The notes under the pieces: generated by a model
What the model saw: the letters and a program-made list of their open reading frames with translations, nothing else
What the model was told of the DNA's origin: nothing
The model's database searches: none
Part shown: positions 24,228 through 33,461 of the stretch, piece after piece
How positions within the stretch are numbered: the stretch's first letter is position 1
Layout of the letters: each line of letters starts with the position of its first letter
Translations under genes and position numbers: made by a program
IMG/VR virus record: IMGVR_UViG_3300035185_000031
Strand: one strand, 5' to 3'
Source of the DNA: an uncultured virus (IMG/VR IMGVR_UViG_3300035185_000031)
Taxonomy: Duplodnaviria > Heunggongvirae > Uroviricota > Caudoviricetes
DNA: 62,987 nucleotides

Positions 24228-26197
24228 GCCAACAGCAACCAGGACAGGACCCCCTGGAGCTTCTAGAGGAGCACGAAGGACCGAAGGACGAGAAGATCGA
24301 TCTGGAGTCCCTCGACCGCCTCATACGCTTCCAACAAAAGAAGACCGTTGCCTACAAGACGGTCGACACCTTCGCGGGCATCACACGCAAGCGCTTGTGG
24401 TTGAAGAACGGCCCGGAGCCCGCAACGAACGGACACGAGATCCGTGTACCTTTCTCTGACCCCAACTTCTATCGGTTGGTCGAAGAACAGCTCGCGCACA
24501 TTCTCTTCCGCACCGATCCCAAAGCGAAGAAGCTCTTCGTCTCGGAGTATGTAGGGCGCATCGAGCAAATCTCCAAGAAGATGGGGCAAGAGATCTCACC
24601 CCATTACCTCCACACAGCCCTCACGCACATCATCACGCTCCTCGAACGGCGCCGCATCGGATCCCTGTGGGGTCGACTCTATCAGGGCAGCTATGAGGAC
24701 ATGAGGGAGATCGCCAAAACCAAGGTGCAGGAACTCCTTCCCGACGCACACAAGACCCTCCTCGGATTCATCACGTGTCTGGAAGTCGATCCGGAGAACA
24801 TTCCTCCGGGAGACATGGACAAGTTCCGACCGTTCGTCGAGGAAGCGTTCCGCAAAGTGAACCAACGAGGCTTCGCTTCTACCCTCGTCGTATCGAAGTG
24901 GCTCGTCATGCAGATGGTGAACCAGATCCTACGGGATCAGGAGAAGCTGCCGCCGCTCCTACCACCGCAACCGAACGCAGCGGCTCCTCCGCAAGAGAAG
25001 AAACAGCCGCAGCAAGGCAAGAACAAGGACAACAAGCCGAAGCCGGAAGGAAAGCAAGAGCCGTCAGGACAGGATCGAACAAAGGCACTGCAAGACCTGC
25101 TGAAGAAGTTCGGCAACGCTCCCGATCAAGTGAAGGACTCGGTCGAAGATTCCAAGTTCCAAAAGGGTCGACCCTCTCCCAAGGCGCAAGCGCAAGCGAA
25201 CCAAGCCATCAAGGCCAACGTCAACGACGAGCAGAGCATGGAAGAACTGCTCGAATCGACCGAAGACGAGATGGACGAGATCGTCCAGAAGGCGCGGAAG
25301 AACATGCGCCAAGAACTCCAGGAAGACGACTGGCTCCAAAAGGACGCCATGGCAAAAATTCGTTTCCTGGACGAGGACACCTCGGGACAGTACAAGCCCT
25401 TCCCCGCGGAGGACGAACGCACGGTCATGCGGCTCCGTTCCATTTTTCACCGGGTAGAAGGACGTCGCAAAGCGACGCTCGAAGACGCGGGCGTAGAAGT
25501 GGACGTAGGGGCTCTCATCGAGAGACGGCTCACCGGAATACCGGTACCAGTCTTCAAAGCGGAAGGGTCTGGCAAAGGCTTTAGAGCAATCTTGCTCATC
25601 GACAGGTCAGGCTCGATGGAAGGACAGAAGACTGTGCAATGTGAGAGAGCAGCACGCATCATCCAGCGTGCGCTGCGCTTCCCCTACGTATCGGTAGAGG
25701 TCTGGGGTTTCACGTCGCAGGAAGCAGGAGAAGTAGTCCTGACACGCTTCGATCCTCATCAGGATATCATCATGCGCACAAAGGGTCTCGGTGTCGGAGG
25801 TCTCACGCCAATCCACATCGCTCTACGTGTCGCCGGACGGCGGCTTTCGGAAGGCACCGAAAGCACGCAATGCTTCCTGCTCACGGACGGTTTTCCTTCT
25901 CACCGCCGCCGCGACGGCAAGTGGTTCAACTCGAACCAGCTCATGGGATTCGTTCGGGACGAATCACGATCCATGCGAAAGAACGGAACCAACGTTACCT
26001 GCGTGATGCTGGGTGAGCGCTTCAGAGATCCTCGCAGGGCAGGAAAGGCGCAGCTCAGATTCGACGTCACTCCCAAACAGATGCAGTTCATGTTTGGATC
26101 CTCAAAGAACTGGAGGTTCGTCGACCCTGAGCACTTCGACCGAGATCTGGTGCACCTGGTGGCTTCAAGCTTCGTCAACTTCCTACGACACCGATGA
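24224..26197 (+). CDS. vWA (MIDAS) domain protein, CobT/NorD-like MoxR partner
   Basis: LLIDRSGSM, GLTP, LLTDG.P; degenerate peptidase-like N-domain. Confidence 0.85.
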   Translation: MSQQQPGQDPLELLEEHEGPKDEKIDLESLDRLIRFQQKKTVAYKTVDTFAGITRKRLWLKNGPEPATNGHEIRVPFSDPNFYRLVEEQLAHILFRTDPKAKKLFVSEYVGRIEQISKKMGQEISPHYLHTALTHIITLLERRRIGSLWGRLYQGSYEDMREIAKTKVQELLPDAHKTLLGFITCLEVDPENIPPGDMDKFRPFVEEAFRKVNQRGFASTLVVSKWLVMQMVNQILRDQEKLPPLLPPQPNAAAPPQEKKQPQQGKNKDNKPKPEGKQEPSGQDRTKALQDLLKKFGNAPDQVKDSVEDSKFQKGRPSPKAQAQANQAIKANVNDEQSMEELLESTEDEMDEIVQKARKNMRQELQEDDWLQKDAMAKIRFLDEDTSGQYKPFPAEDERTVMRLRSIFHRVEGRRKATLEDAGVEVDVGALIERRLTGIPVPVFKAEGSGKGFRAILLIDRSGSMEGQKTVQCERAARIIQRALRFPYVSVEVWGFTSQEAGEVVLTRFDPHQDIIMRTKGLGVGGLTPIHIALRVAGRRLSEGTESTQCFLLTDGFPSHRRRDGKWFNSNQLMGFVRDESRSMRKNGTNVTCVMLGERFRDPRRAGKAQLRFDVTPKQMQFMFGSSKNWRFVDPEHFDRDLVHLVASSFVNFLRHR

Positions 26198-26200
26198 ACG

Positions 26201-26758
26201 ATGGCCGGATCGAATCTGTATCCCGGACCTCTTGGATTCTGCGCGCACTGCGACAAGAAAACCCTCATCCGTTTGGGCTCCCTCGTAGACAAGCCTTCCT
26301 TGAAGAAGTGGGTTGCCTCCGAAGAGTTGATCTTCGCCATCTATGAGCACATTCGCAAGATCGCGAAGGACGGAGGAGGCTACGTCAAGACGGCCGAGGG
26401 GAAGAAGTACAAGTCCGGCAAAGTGGTCGTGTGCCAACGCACGAAGAAGTGTCGAAAGCACGCACACGAGGGTCTGATCACCAAGAAGCTCGTCTGGGTC
26501 GCCGTCCAGGGGAAAGTCGGGGAGATGGACGAGTCGCTCTCCGGCCCCTTCTGCGGTATTTGCTGGCCTATCTACAAGACCGAGTTCGAGCACGAGGATG
26601 GGGCAGGTTTCAATTTCCCCCTCTACTACGTGATCACGAGCTTCGAGAACATCCAGCTCATCTTCACGAATCAACCCACACCGGAGACCCTACCTTCCTA
26701 CGAGGATCCCGAAACCCACGGCGGTTCTGGGACAGATGAGGTAGAAGGTCTCTTCTAA
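26201..26758 (+). CDS. Cys-rich hypothetical protein
   Basis: CAHC, C....C..H, CGIC. Confidence 0.7.
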   Translation: MAGSNLYPGPLGFCAHCDKKTLIRLGSLVDKPSLKKWVASEELIFAIYEHIRKIAKDGGGYVKTAEGKKYKSGKVVVCQRTKKCRKHAHEGLITKKLVWVAVQGKVGEMDESLSGPFCGICWPIYKTEFEHEDGAGFNFPLYYVITSFENIQLIFTNQPTPETLPSYEDPETHGGSGTDEVEGLF

Positions 26759-26796
26759 AGGACGCATCCGGGTACCGCCGGATAAGGAGAAGGACG

Positions 26797-27114
26797 ATGG
26801 CAGCCAAGAAGACGAAGTCGCGAACGAAGAAGAAGATCGTAAAGAAGGTAGGAGTCGCCAAGAAGGCAAGCAGGCAACGGAGTGTCTCGGAGGAAGATCT
26901 CAAGGTCGAGAAGGAAGCGCTCTCTGCCTTGAAGAACGGACCGAAGACGAACCGTGAGCTGAAGGACCAACTCCTCTCCAACGATTCCGTACTCGGACGC
27001 ACTCTTCAGCGTTTGCGGCGGCAGGGCAAGATCAAGGTGGTCAACGGTCGGTGGACCACCGCCCAGGCAAAGATCTGCCCGAAGTGCCAGGGTCGTGGCT
27101 TCGTCGAGAAGTGA
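26797..27114 (+). CDS. Lys-rich winged-HTH protein with C-terminal CxxC
   Basis: L..L..GP.T..EL......L...L..L...G.I......W; CPKCQG.G. Confidence 0.7.
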   Translation: MAAKKTKSRTKKKIVKKVGVAKKASRQRSVSEEDLKVEKEALSALKNGPKTNRELKDQLLSNDSVLGRTLQRLRRQGKIKVVNGRWTTAQAKICPKCQGRGFVEK

Positions 27115-27301
27115 GCCCGAGCTTACCCGCGAGCAATCGAGCAGAATCAACGAGGAACTGAGCATCGCACGAGATGCTCTTTACCGGGCGGCCGAAGTGT
27201 TGCAGCCTGGGGATTCCGCTCGCGCCCTGCTTTGGGAGTTTGCGGGAAAGATCGAAGACCAAAAAGTCGCGCTCATGCAACGATGCGACGAGTGCCCATA
27301 G
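27095..27301 (+). CDS. Hypothetical protein
   Basis: Small ORF filling the gap. Confidence 0.5.
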   Translation: MASSRSEPELTREQSSRINEELSIARDALYRAAEVLQPGDSARALLWEFAGKIEDQKVALMQRCDECP

Positions 27302-27319
27302 AGCTGTGAAGGAGAGGAC

Positions 27320-27664
27320 ATGGAGAACAGGATCAACCCCTGGTTGTGGCAGGGAGGAATTTGCATTCCCCCGTGGCTGCTTCGTCGTGAGGAAGTAAGC
27401 CCAGGAGCTAAGCTCTGCTACTCGTTGCTCTCTGCCATCTTCGGTGAGGAGGAAAACGACGAGCCCTCCGTCGCTGAGATGGCCACGGACCTCGGAGTGA
27501 GTGAGCGTCAGGTACAGCGCTACCTTGCGGAGCTATCCAACTTCAACCTGATCGCCATCATCCCACAGACCGGCAACAAGCCGAACAAGGTCGAGTTCTA
27601 CGACCACGGCTGGATGTACGAGGGCTTCTACCTGGAAGAGCAGCGCGAGGAGGTTGCGTCGTGA
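27320..27664 (+). CDS. Stand-alone HTH_36-like domain, paralog of the initiator N terminus
   Basis: RINPW...P.WL..R.E.SPGAK.CY..L...LGVS.RQV..YL..L. Confidence 0.8.
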   Translation: MENRINPWLWQGGICIPPWLLRREEVSPGAKLCYSLLSAIFGEEENDEPSVAEMATDLGVSERQVQRYLAELSNFNLIAIIPQTGNKPNKVEFYDHGWMYEGFYLEEQREEVAS

Positions 27665-28848
27665 GCGAGCGAATCAACCCCTGGAAGAAGTTCCACGGAT
27701 CCATGCTGCCTGAGTGGCTCGAACCCCGACCCGAGCTGAGCCCCGGAGCCAAGATGTGCTACGCGCGCCTCACCCGCTACGCCGGAAACAACGGCAAGTG
27801 CTACCCGCGGCAGAAGACGATAGCGAGCGCCCTAGGAGTCTCAGACCGACAGGTACGGAACTACCTCACAGACCTCGCGAAGTGGGGTCTCATCGAGCAG
27901 GTCAAGCAGACCAACAAGAGCCTTCCAGACCTCGTCTACTTCCTAGACCACCCCTGGATGCACGGAGGGGAGACCGAGGCACAGGCGCCGACGGAGACTG
28001 ACCAGGAGGCCGTTCAGGAGCCCCCGCCGCCCCAGGAGAAGTCCTCACAGGGTGGTGACGGATCTGTCACCCCCGGAAGTATCGTTCCGCACCCCCCGGA
28101 ACTATCCTTCCACACCCCCTGGAAGGATATTTCCGGACAAAAAGAGAGTCATGGAAAAGAGTCATTGAAAGGAGAATCACTTGGCGAGCCTTCGCTCGCC
28201 GAGAGTCTTCCCCTCCAAAACACTTCACCCTCGGCCGGCGAGAAATCGAAGAAAGAAATTCCGCCGGATGTGGGGAAAACTCCCACATTGTCCCCCTCGT
28301 CCTTGGACCAGTCTCGCCTCGACGCAATCACGGCGGCGAGCAAGCAGCGTCTCCTGAAGCATCGAAGCGAGCAGGTAGCGAAGAAGGAGAAGAAGGCGCG
28401 TCTCAAGGAGAATCTCCAAGGACAGACGGAGACCATCAGCACCAAGAAGTTCCTGGATCACCTTCAAGTCCAGTGGCGCGAAGATCTGAAGGCGCGGTGG
28501 CCGGAGTTCGACTTCGCCCGCTGGGAGCCGAAGGAGCGGAAGCAGCTCAAAGAGATGATCCAGCTCTATTCTGGCCCCGTCGTTGAATATGCCCTACACT
28601 ATATGGTAAGACAATGGGACCAAATCAACGACCGGTTCTTTCGAGGCAAGGGCTCCTTTCCTCGAATCGGGACGCTGCGAAAGTTTCACGACGCGCTCAT
28701 CCCAGAAGCGCAGCAGTGGGAGAAGGTCAGAACCGTTCGAGACGAGTACGACGCCTGGTGCAAAGAGCACCCACACGATCTACCTCCCCCCGAGTTGAAG
28801 GCTCGCTACAGCCAGGCGGAGAAAGCCATGGAGGCGCTCGGACTCTAG
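27661..28848 (+). CDS. Replication initiator (lambda O-like position, HTH_36 N-domain)
   Basis: N-terminal wHTH (CYP.QKTIA..LGVS.RQV), internal iterons, followed by DnaC and DnaB. Confidence 0.8.
   Translation: MSERINPWKKFHGSMLPEWLEPRPELSPGAKMCYARLTRYAGNNGKCYPRQKTIASALGVSDRQVRNYLTDLAKWGLIEQVKQTNKSLPDLVYFLDHPWMHGGETEAQAPTETDQEAVQEPPPPQEKSSQGGDGSVTPGSIVPHPPELSFHTPWKDISGQKESHGKESLKGESLGEPSLAESLPLQNTSPSAGEKSKKEIPPDVGKTPTLSPSSLDQSRLDAITAASKQRLLKHRSEQVAKKEKKARLKENLQGQTETISTKKFLDHLQVQWREDLKARWPEFDFARWEPKERKQLKEMIQLYSGPVVEYALHYMVRQWDQINDRFFRGKGSFPRIGTLRKFHDALIPEAQQWEKVRTVRDEYDAWCKEHPHDLPPPELKARYSQAEKAMEALGL
28054..28180. repeat. Candidate replication origin: iterons plus A-rich repeats
   Basis: Three GGAA-N6-TTCC units at 28074, 28097 and 28120 (23-bp period, each preceded by CACCCC); variant GTGAC-N6-GTCAC at 28055; then three AAA(A)GAG..TCA units. 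Confidence 0.75.
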
Positions 28849-28860
28849 CGACCAGAAGCA

Positions 28861-29481
28861 ATGAATAACGTGCAGCGGCTACGCCGACCGAACACACGCT
28901 CGGATTTCGAGCGCATGAACCTGCCGCGGGAGTACTGGACCGCGAAAGTGCAAGGCGTGCCGGAGTCCATGCGGACTACGATCCATCGGTACCTCGTGAA
29001 CACGGACATCATGCTCGATCGAGGCGCCGGTATGTTCCTCACAGGTCCTGCCGGAGTAGGTAAGACTGGAATCGCCTCCCTCGTGTGCAAGGAAGCGCGA
29101 TCTAGGGGCTACACCGTCTACTTCACATCGGTATGGGAGCTGAGGGAATGCGTGAAGTCCAAGGTGATGTTCGAGGAAACCACGAGCGTTCTCGACAGAT
29201 GCCGCGAAGTCGATGTTCTCGTTCTGGACGGTCTCCGAGAAGAAGATCAGAAGGACTACACCTTCGGAAGCCGAGCCATCGAAGAGTTGCTGGTCGGCCG
29301 GGGAACACGTAAGCGCGTTTCCATAGTGACCTCGCGGTTGGATATGCGAGGAATCGATAAGTTCTTTCCGGGCTTGCTAGAAGCCGTGCAAGGGTGCATG
29401 GTGGTCCTTCCCGTTACGGGCGAGGACTTGCGACGGGCACAGAGCGAAGAGTTGAAGAGAGCTGTCCTCGGCATAGAGTGA
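28861..29481 (+). CDS. DnaC/IstB-like helicase loader
   Basis: GPAGVGKT, DVLVLDGL, IVTS. Confidence 0.85.
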   Translation: MNNVQRLRRPNTRSDFERMNLPREYWTAKVQGVPESMRTTIHRYLVNTDIMLDRGAGMFLTGPAGVGKTGIASLVCKEARSRGYTVYFTSVWELRECVKSKVMFEETTSVLDRCREVDVLVLDGLREEDQKDYTFGSRAIEELLVGRGTRKRVSIVTSRLDMRGIDKFFPGLLEAVQGCMVVLPVTGEDLRRAQSEELKRAVLGIE

Positions 29482-29524
29482 CTGATTAGCAGTCAACGTA
29501 ACCGAGGGTTCTGGGAGCGGGCGA

Positions 29525-30841
29525 GTGGATCTCGACAAGGCACTGGTATCGGCAATCATCAGCGAAGGTAAGCAGGCGCTGAACCAAGTTCGAGACCTGG
29601 GAGTAAGTGCCAACCACCTCGACGGGCAAGGAAAGACGCTCTTCGAGCTGATCGTCGATCACAGCGCAACGTACGGCGATCTTCCCTCCGTACCAACCAT
29701 CCAGGCCAAGACCGGCATAGCGCTGGACATTGTCCAGGAGCCTGCGGCCTTCTTCGCGCAAGAGGTACTGAACCGCGCGCTATTTCTCGATCTGAAGAAA
29801 GGGGCCGACGACTTCTCGGGGCTCATGGAGCAGGCGAAACCGCAGGAGGCCCTTGACTCCTTGGAGACTCTGTTGCGGGCCATGCGCAAGACGCATCGTC
29901 AAGGAGGATCCGGAAAGGTCGAAGAACTTCCCAAGCTCTTCAAGGATGTCGAGGCGTACTACGAGCGCATCAAGTCTGGAGAGCGCGGCATCGAGACTCC
30001 GTGGCCTACGGTGAACGCAGAGACCCTCGGTCTCTGGCCGGAGGACTTGGCTCTTATCGTAGCCCGTGTTGGTATCGGAAAGACATGGTCGGCTGCAAAG
30101 GTAGGGCACCATGCCTGGACCGGCGGCTGTCATGTACTGTTTGGTACGACAGAGATCAGCAAGCTGCGCATTGCCATGCGCTTCGCTGCGTTGCACTTCA
30201 ACATCTCCTATCGAGATCTCCGCATGGGAACTCTCGACGCCTTCAACGAGAAGAAGTTCAAGGACGGCGTCGCGGAGGTCATGGACTCCGAGGGTCTGAA
30301 GGTCATCGGTGGTGACTTCGACTTCAAGGTGGAGAGCTACGAAGCAGCAGTCGAAGCAACCGCGGAGGACGCAGGAGAAGAGGACAAGGTTCTGGCCATC
30401 CTAGATGGTGCCTACCTCCTCAAGGTTGACGGCCACAATCGAATCGAGCGCGCAGCCAATGCCTTTGACGAGCTGAAGCGCGTTTGCAAGCGGACTTCTG
30501 TCCCCAACCTAGTGACGATGCAGTTCAACAGGGAGGTGAAGGCCAACGTTTCTTCCAGCGTATCGGCAGAACGCATCGCTCTGACCGACGTCGCTGCCTG
30601 GAACGCGGACCTAATTTACGGCCTCATTCAAACAGAAGACATGAAGGCGGATAAGAGGATGATCTTCAAGCCCCTCAAGGTTCGAGAGGGTGTGGGGGAG
30701 GAGTTCGAGGTCAACTGGGATCTCGATGTCATGAACTTCACCGAACTTCCTAAGGTAGGCGGCAACGAGAACAACGACGACGACCCGTTCGGAACCGGAA
30801 TCGGAGACGAAGGGGGTAGCAACACGGAGTTGCCTTTCTGA
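29525..30841 (+). CDS. dnaB: Replicative DnaB-like SF4 helicase
   Basis: GIETPW, ARVGIGKT, E.S, LDGAYL, QFNR, AD, KVREG. Confidence 0.9.
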   Translation: MDLDKALVSAIISEGKQALNQVRDLGVSANHLDGQGKTLFELIVDHSATYGDLPSVPTIQAKTGIALDIVQEPAAFFAQEVLNRALFLDLKKGADDFSGLMEQAKPQEALDSLETLLRAMRKTHRQGGSGKVEELPKLFKDVEAYYERIKSGERGIETPWPTVNAETLGLWPEDLALIVARVGIGKTWSAAKVGHHAWTGGCHVLFGTTEISKLRIAMRFAALHFNISYRDLRMGTLDAFNEKKFKDGVAEVMDSEGLKVIGGDFDFKVESYEAAVEATAEDAGEEDKVLAILDGAYLLKVDGHNRIERAANAFDELKRVCKRTSVPNLVTMQFNREVKANVSSSVSAERIALTDVAAWNADLIYGLIQTEDMKADKRMIFKPLKVREGVGEEFEVNWDLDVMNFTELPKVGGNENNDDDPFGTGIGDEGGSNTELPF

Positions 30842-31146
30842 TGACTGCTCCTGGGGACATACCCGTGATGCTGAAGCATGTGACAATGGCCATCATGAAG
30901 AAGGGCCACCAGTTCCCCATCGCGTTCGAGATCGCCAGGGGTTCCCTGACAAACCAAGGGTACCTGGAGAGAGGATCTGAGAAAGGACCGACGATACGTC
31001 TCACACTCAAGGGGCGGAAGCGCAATCAGGAGCACATGCGCAAACCCGCCAGAGCCGTGTTGGCGTTCGATCGACTTCTAAGAAAGGAGGGAGATAAGCT
31101 CGGACTAAGCCTGGCTCCCGAAGTAGACCGCGAAGACACTCTGTGA
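30841..31146 (+). CDS. Hypothetical protein
   Basis: TGATG coupling. Confidence 0.65.
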   Translation: MTAPGDIPVMLKHVTMAIMKKGHQFPIAFEIARGSLTNQGYLERGSEKGPTIRLTLKGRKRNQEHMRKPARAVLAFDRLLRKEGDKLGLSLAPEVDREDTL

Positions 31147-31155
31147 GACTAACCT

Positions 31156-32277
31156 ATGGACGCTGGAAAGATCGAGAGGCTGTTCTCAGTTCTCGGCAGT
31201 GAACGGACGAAACACACAGCTGCTTGGGTGAACGGGACGTGCCCGTTTGCGCAATGGCGCCACAGTAAGGGACGTGATCGTCGACCTTCTTTCGGCATCG
31301 CCATCAACGCAGGAGGGGAGAGCCATGTGTTCTGTCACTCCTGCGGCGTCACAGGCAGCGCGAGGGACATGATCTGGCTTCTTGCTCGCTTTCGCTCCTC
31401 TGGGGTTTGGAAGGAAGGAGACGATGGCAAGCGATACTGGAAACCACTTCCTTGGTACGCCCGTGCCTGTCGTCTTGTGTCCGGAGACTGTCCCAGTACC
31501 GCAGAGTTCGAGTACAAGAGCAAGTTCGCCGAAGACCCAAGCCCCGTCAAGATCTCCCGTACGGCTTACTGGTTGGGATCTCCCTCTTCGCTGGAGATGC
31601 CAAAACCACCCCCCATCGACTCGCTGGAGTACGGTCTCCTCCCCGAGAAGGATCTAAAGCCCTTCGCTGAAATACCTCCCGCGGTACGAGACTACCTGAT
31701 GGGTCCCCGCCGGAGGCTAACGACCACCACCATCGAGGTTTTCGAACTGGGCTGGCAACCGCATAGACGCCGCGTAGTGATTCCTGTCCGAGACCACGAG
31801 GGAGGTCTGGTAGCAATCACGGGGCGCGCTCTCGACAAGAAGGTAAAAGATCCAGAAACCGGGGAGATAAAGTGGATCCCTGAACAGGAACCGAAGTTCC
31901 TCCACTCGAAAGGGTTCAAGAGGGACTACTTCCTCTTTGGAGAGCACCTAGCGGACAAGACGGATGAGGGCATCCTCGTGGAAGGCCACTTCGATGTTCT
32001 GTACTTGCACCAGATGGGCTACCCGAGCACGTGTGGAATCATGGGGAGTCACATGAGCGCTGTTCAAGCCTCAAAGATCGTGCAGTTCTTCAAGCGTGTA
32101 ATCATTCTACCGGACGGAGACGAGGCTGGAGCCAAAGCAGCCGAAGCCTGGTCCCATACGTTGAAAGGTCGCATTCCCGTAGCAGTTGCGGATGTGACCC
32201 CAGGTAAGGATCCAGACAACTACGAACAGGACGAGTTGGACGAGATGCTTGCCTTTGACAATCTGAACTTCTCTTGA
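31156..32277 (+). CDS. DNA primase (Zn-binding + TOPRIM)
   Basis: CPF...H...D..PSF...CHSCG; R..IP; GR; LVEG.FD; DGDEAG; KDP. Confidence 0.92.
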   Translation: MDAGKIERLFSVLGSERTKHTAAWVNGTCPFAQWRHSKGRDRRPSFGIAINAGGESHVFCHSCGVTGSARDMIWLLARFRSSGVWKEGDDGKRYWKPLPWYARACRLVSGDCPSTAEFEYKSKFAEDPSPVKISRTAYWLGSPSSLEMPKPPPIDSLEYGLLPEKDLKPFAEIPPAVRDYLMGPRRRLTTTTIEVFELGWQPHRRRVVIPVRDHEGGLVAITGRALDKKVKDPETGEIKWIPEQEPKFLHSKGFKRDYFLFGEHLADKTDEGILVEGHFDVLYLHQMGYPSTCGIMGSHMSAVQASKIVQFFKRVIILPDGDEAGAKAAEAWSHTLKGRIPVAVADVTPGKDPDNYEQDELDEMLAFDNLNFS

Positions 32278-32283
32278 TAGCTT
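32255..32283 (+). promoter_or_regulatory. sigma70-like promoter
   Basis: TTGACA-17bp-TAGCTT. Confidence 0.7.
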
Positions 32284-32341
32284 TCGCGTCCTGCCCGGAG
32301 ATAGGGCAATCAAGTGCCGTAAAGGCGAAGAAGGAGACAAC

Positions 32342-33154
32342 ATGTCTGAAACACCCAGTTGGTACAACCAGGGATACGATGGGATCAACAAGGAGGAGCA
32401 GCGGCTTCAATCGCTGTCGGGACCGCAGCGACTGTGGCTTCCTCCGGGGACTGGACGAGATCTGGTCCTAGTCGACGACGAGGCGTTCTGCATCTACGAG
32501 CACAACGCCAAGATCAACGGCAACTGGCAGAACGAGCACACCTGCATGAAGGGTGTGGAAGATCCCTGCGAGTCGTGCGTCCGTCTCGGGGAACGAAGCC
32601 GGTACTACATCGGCTACCTCACCGTGGTCGACTGCACTCTGTACGTCAGCAAGAAGGGCAACAAGTACCAGTACGAGCTGAAGCTCTGCGGTGCGAAGCT
32701 CGGCATGCTGAAGAAGTGGCGCCGTAAGAAGGATGAACGCGGCTCCTTGGTCATGATGAAGACCAAGGTCCATCGCGAGGACGACAACAAGCCCTCAACG
32801 GGAGACGAGTGGGAGTACGTCAAGCCGGTCGAAGACCACGACGCGCTCTTCTCCGTCGCCAACTACAAGGGCAAGAAGCTTTCCGAGCTTTGGGACAAGG
32901 CCGAGGAGAACGAGCAGTCGATGGACTTGCTCAAACAGATTTTCCAGTTGGACTTCGACGACGAGGGGCGGCTCCTCCGCCGTGTCGTTCCATTCAACTA
33001 CATGGAGATCCTGAAGCCCCGAGGGAACGACTTCATCCGGCAGCTTCTCGGAGGAGTCACTCGCGAGGAAGCCACAGGGCAGAGCGAAGACGGAGACAAC
33101 GGGAAGAAGGACGTGTCGGCCGGAAGCGGTGGCGAGGACGACGTTCCTTTCTGA
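32342..33154 (+). CDS. Phage ssDNA-binding protein (gp32-like, Zn site, acidic DDVPF tail)
   Basis: H...C......CxxC; C-terminal GEDDVPF; strong RBS; downstream hairpin. Confidence 0.72.
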   Translation: MSETPSWYNQGYDGINKEEQRLQSLSGPQRLWLPPGTGRDLVLVDDEAFCIYEHNAKINGNWQNEHTCMKGVEDPCESCVRLGERSRYYIGYLTVVDCTLYVSKKGNKYQYELKLCGAKLGMLKKWRRKKDERGSLVMMKTKVHREDDNKPSTGDEWEYVKPVEDHDALFSVANYKGKKLSELWDKAEENEQSMDLLKQIFQLDFDDEGRLLRRVVPFNYMEILKPRGNDFIRQLLGGVTREEATGQSEDGDNGKKDVSAGSGGEDDVPF

Positions 33155-33165
33155 TCGGAGTTTTC

Positions 33166-33195
33166 GGGCCCGGAGGGTTTCGGCTCTCCGGGCTT
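33166..33195 (+). terminator. Strong hairpin after the SSB gene (terminator or stabiliser)
   Basis: GGGCCCGGAGGGU-UUCG-GCUCUCCGGGCUU; weak U-tract. Confidence 0.55.
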
Positions 33196-33218
33196 AGATC
33201 TACTTGAGGACACGTGCG

Positions 33219-33461
33219 ATGAAACTGATCTGGTCCGTTCTCTACCTGGGTAAGTCTGGCATCGAGGTTTGCGCTTCGGACAAGACGGGGGAACGGCGCA
33301 AGGTCAACATCACCTGGCACGCGAAAGACAAGGGGGACGAACCGCCGTCTAACTGGGCCACGATGGTCGAACGAGAGATGGCCTTCCAAGACAGTGAGAA
33401 GCTGACTCCCGATGTGCAAAGCATGAGCCGGGCAGCTTTGAGGAAGAACAAGCAACCTTGA
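33219..33461 (+). CDS. Hypothetical protein
   Basis: GAGGA RBS. Confidence 0.6.
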   Translation: MKLIWSVLYLGKSGIEVCASDKTGERRKVNITWHAKDKGDEPPSNWATMVEREMAFQDSEKLTPDVQSMSRAALRKNKQP

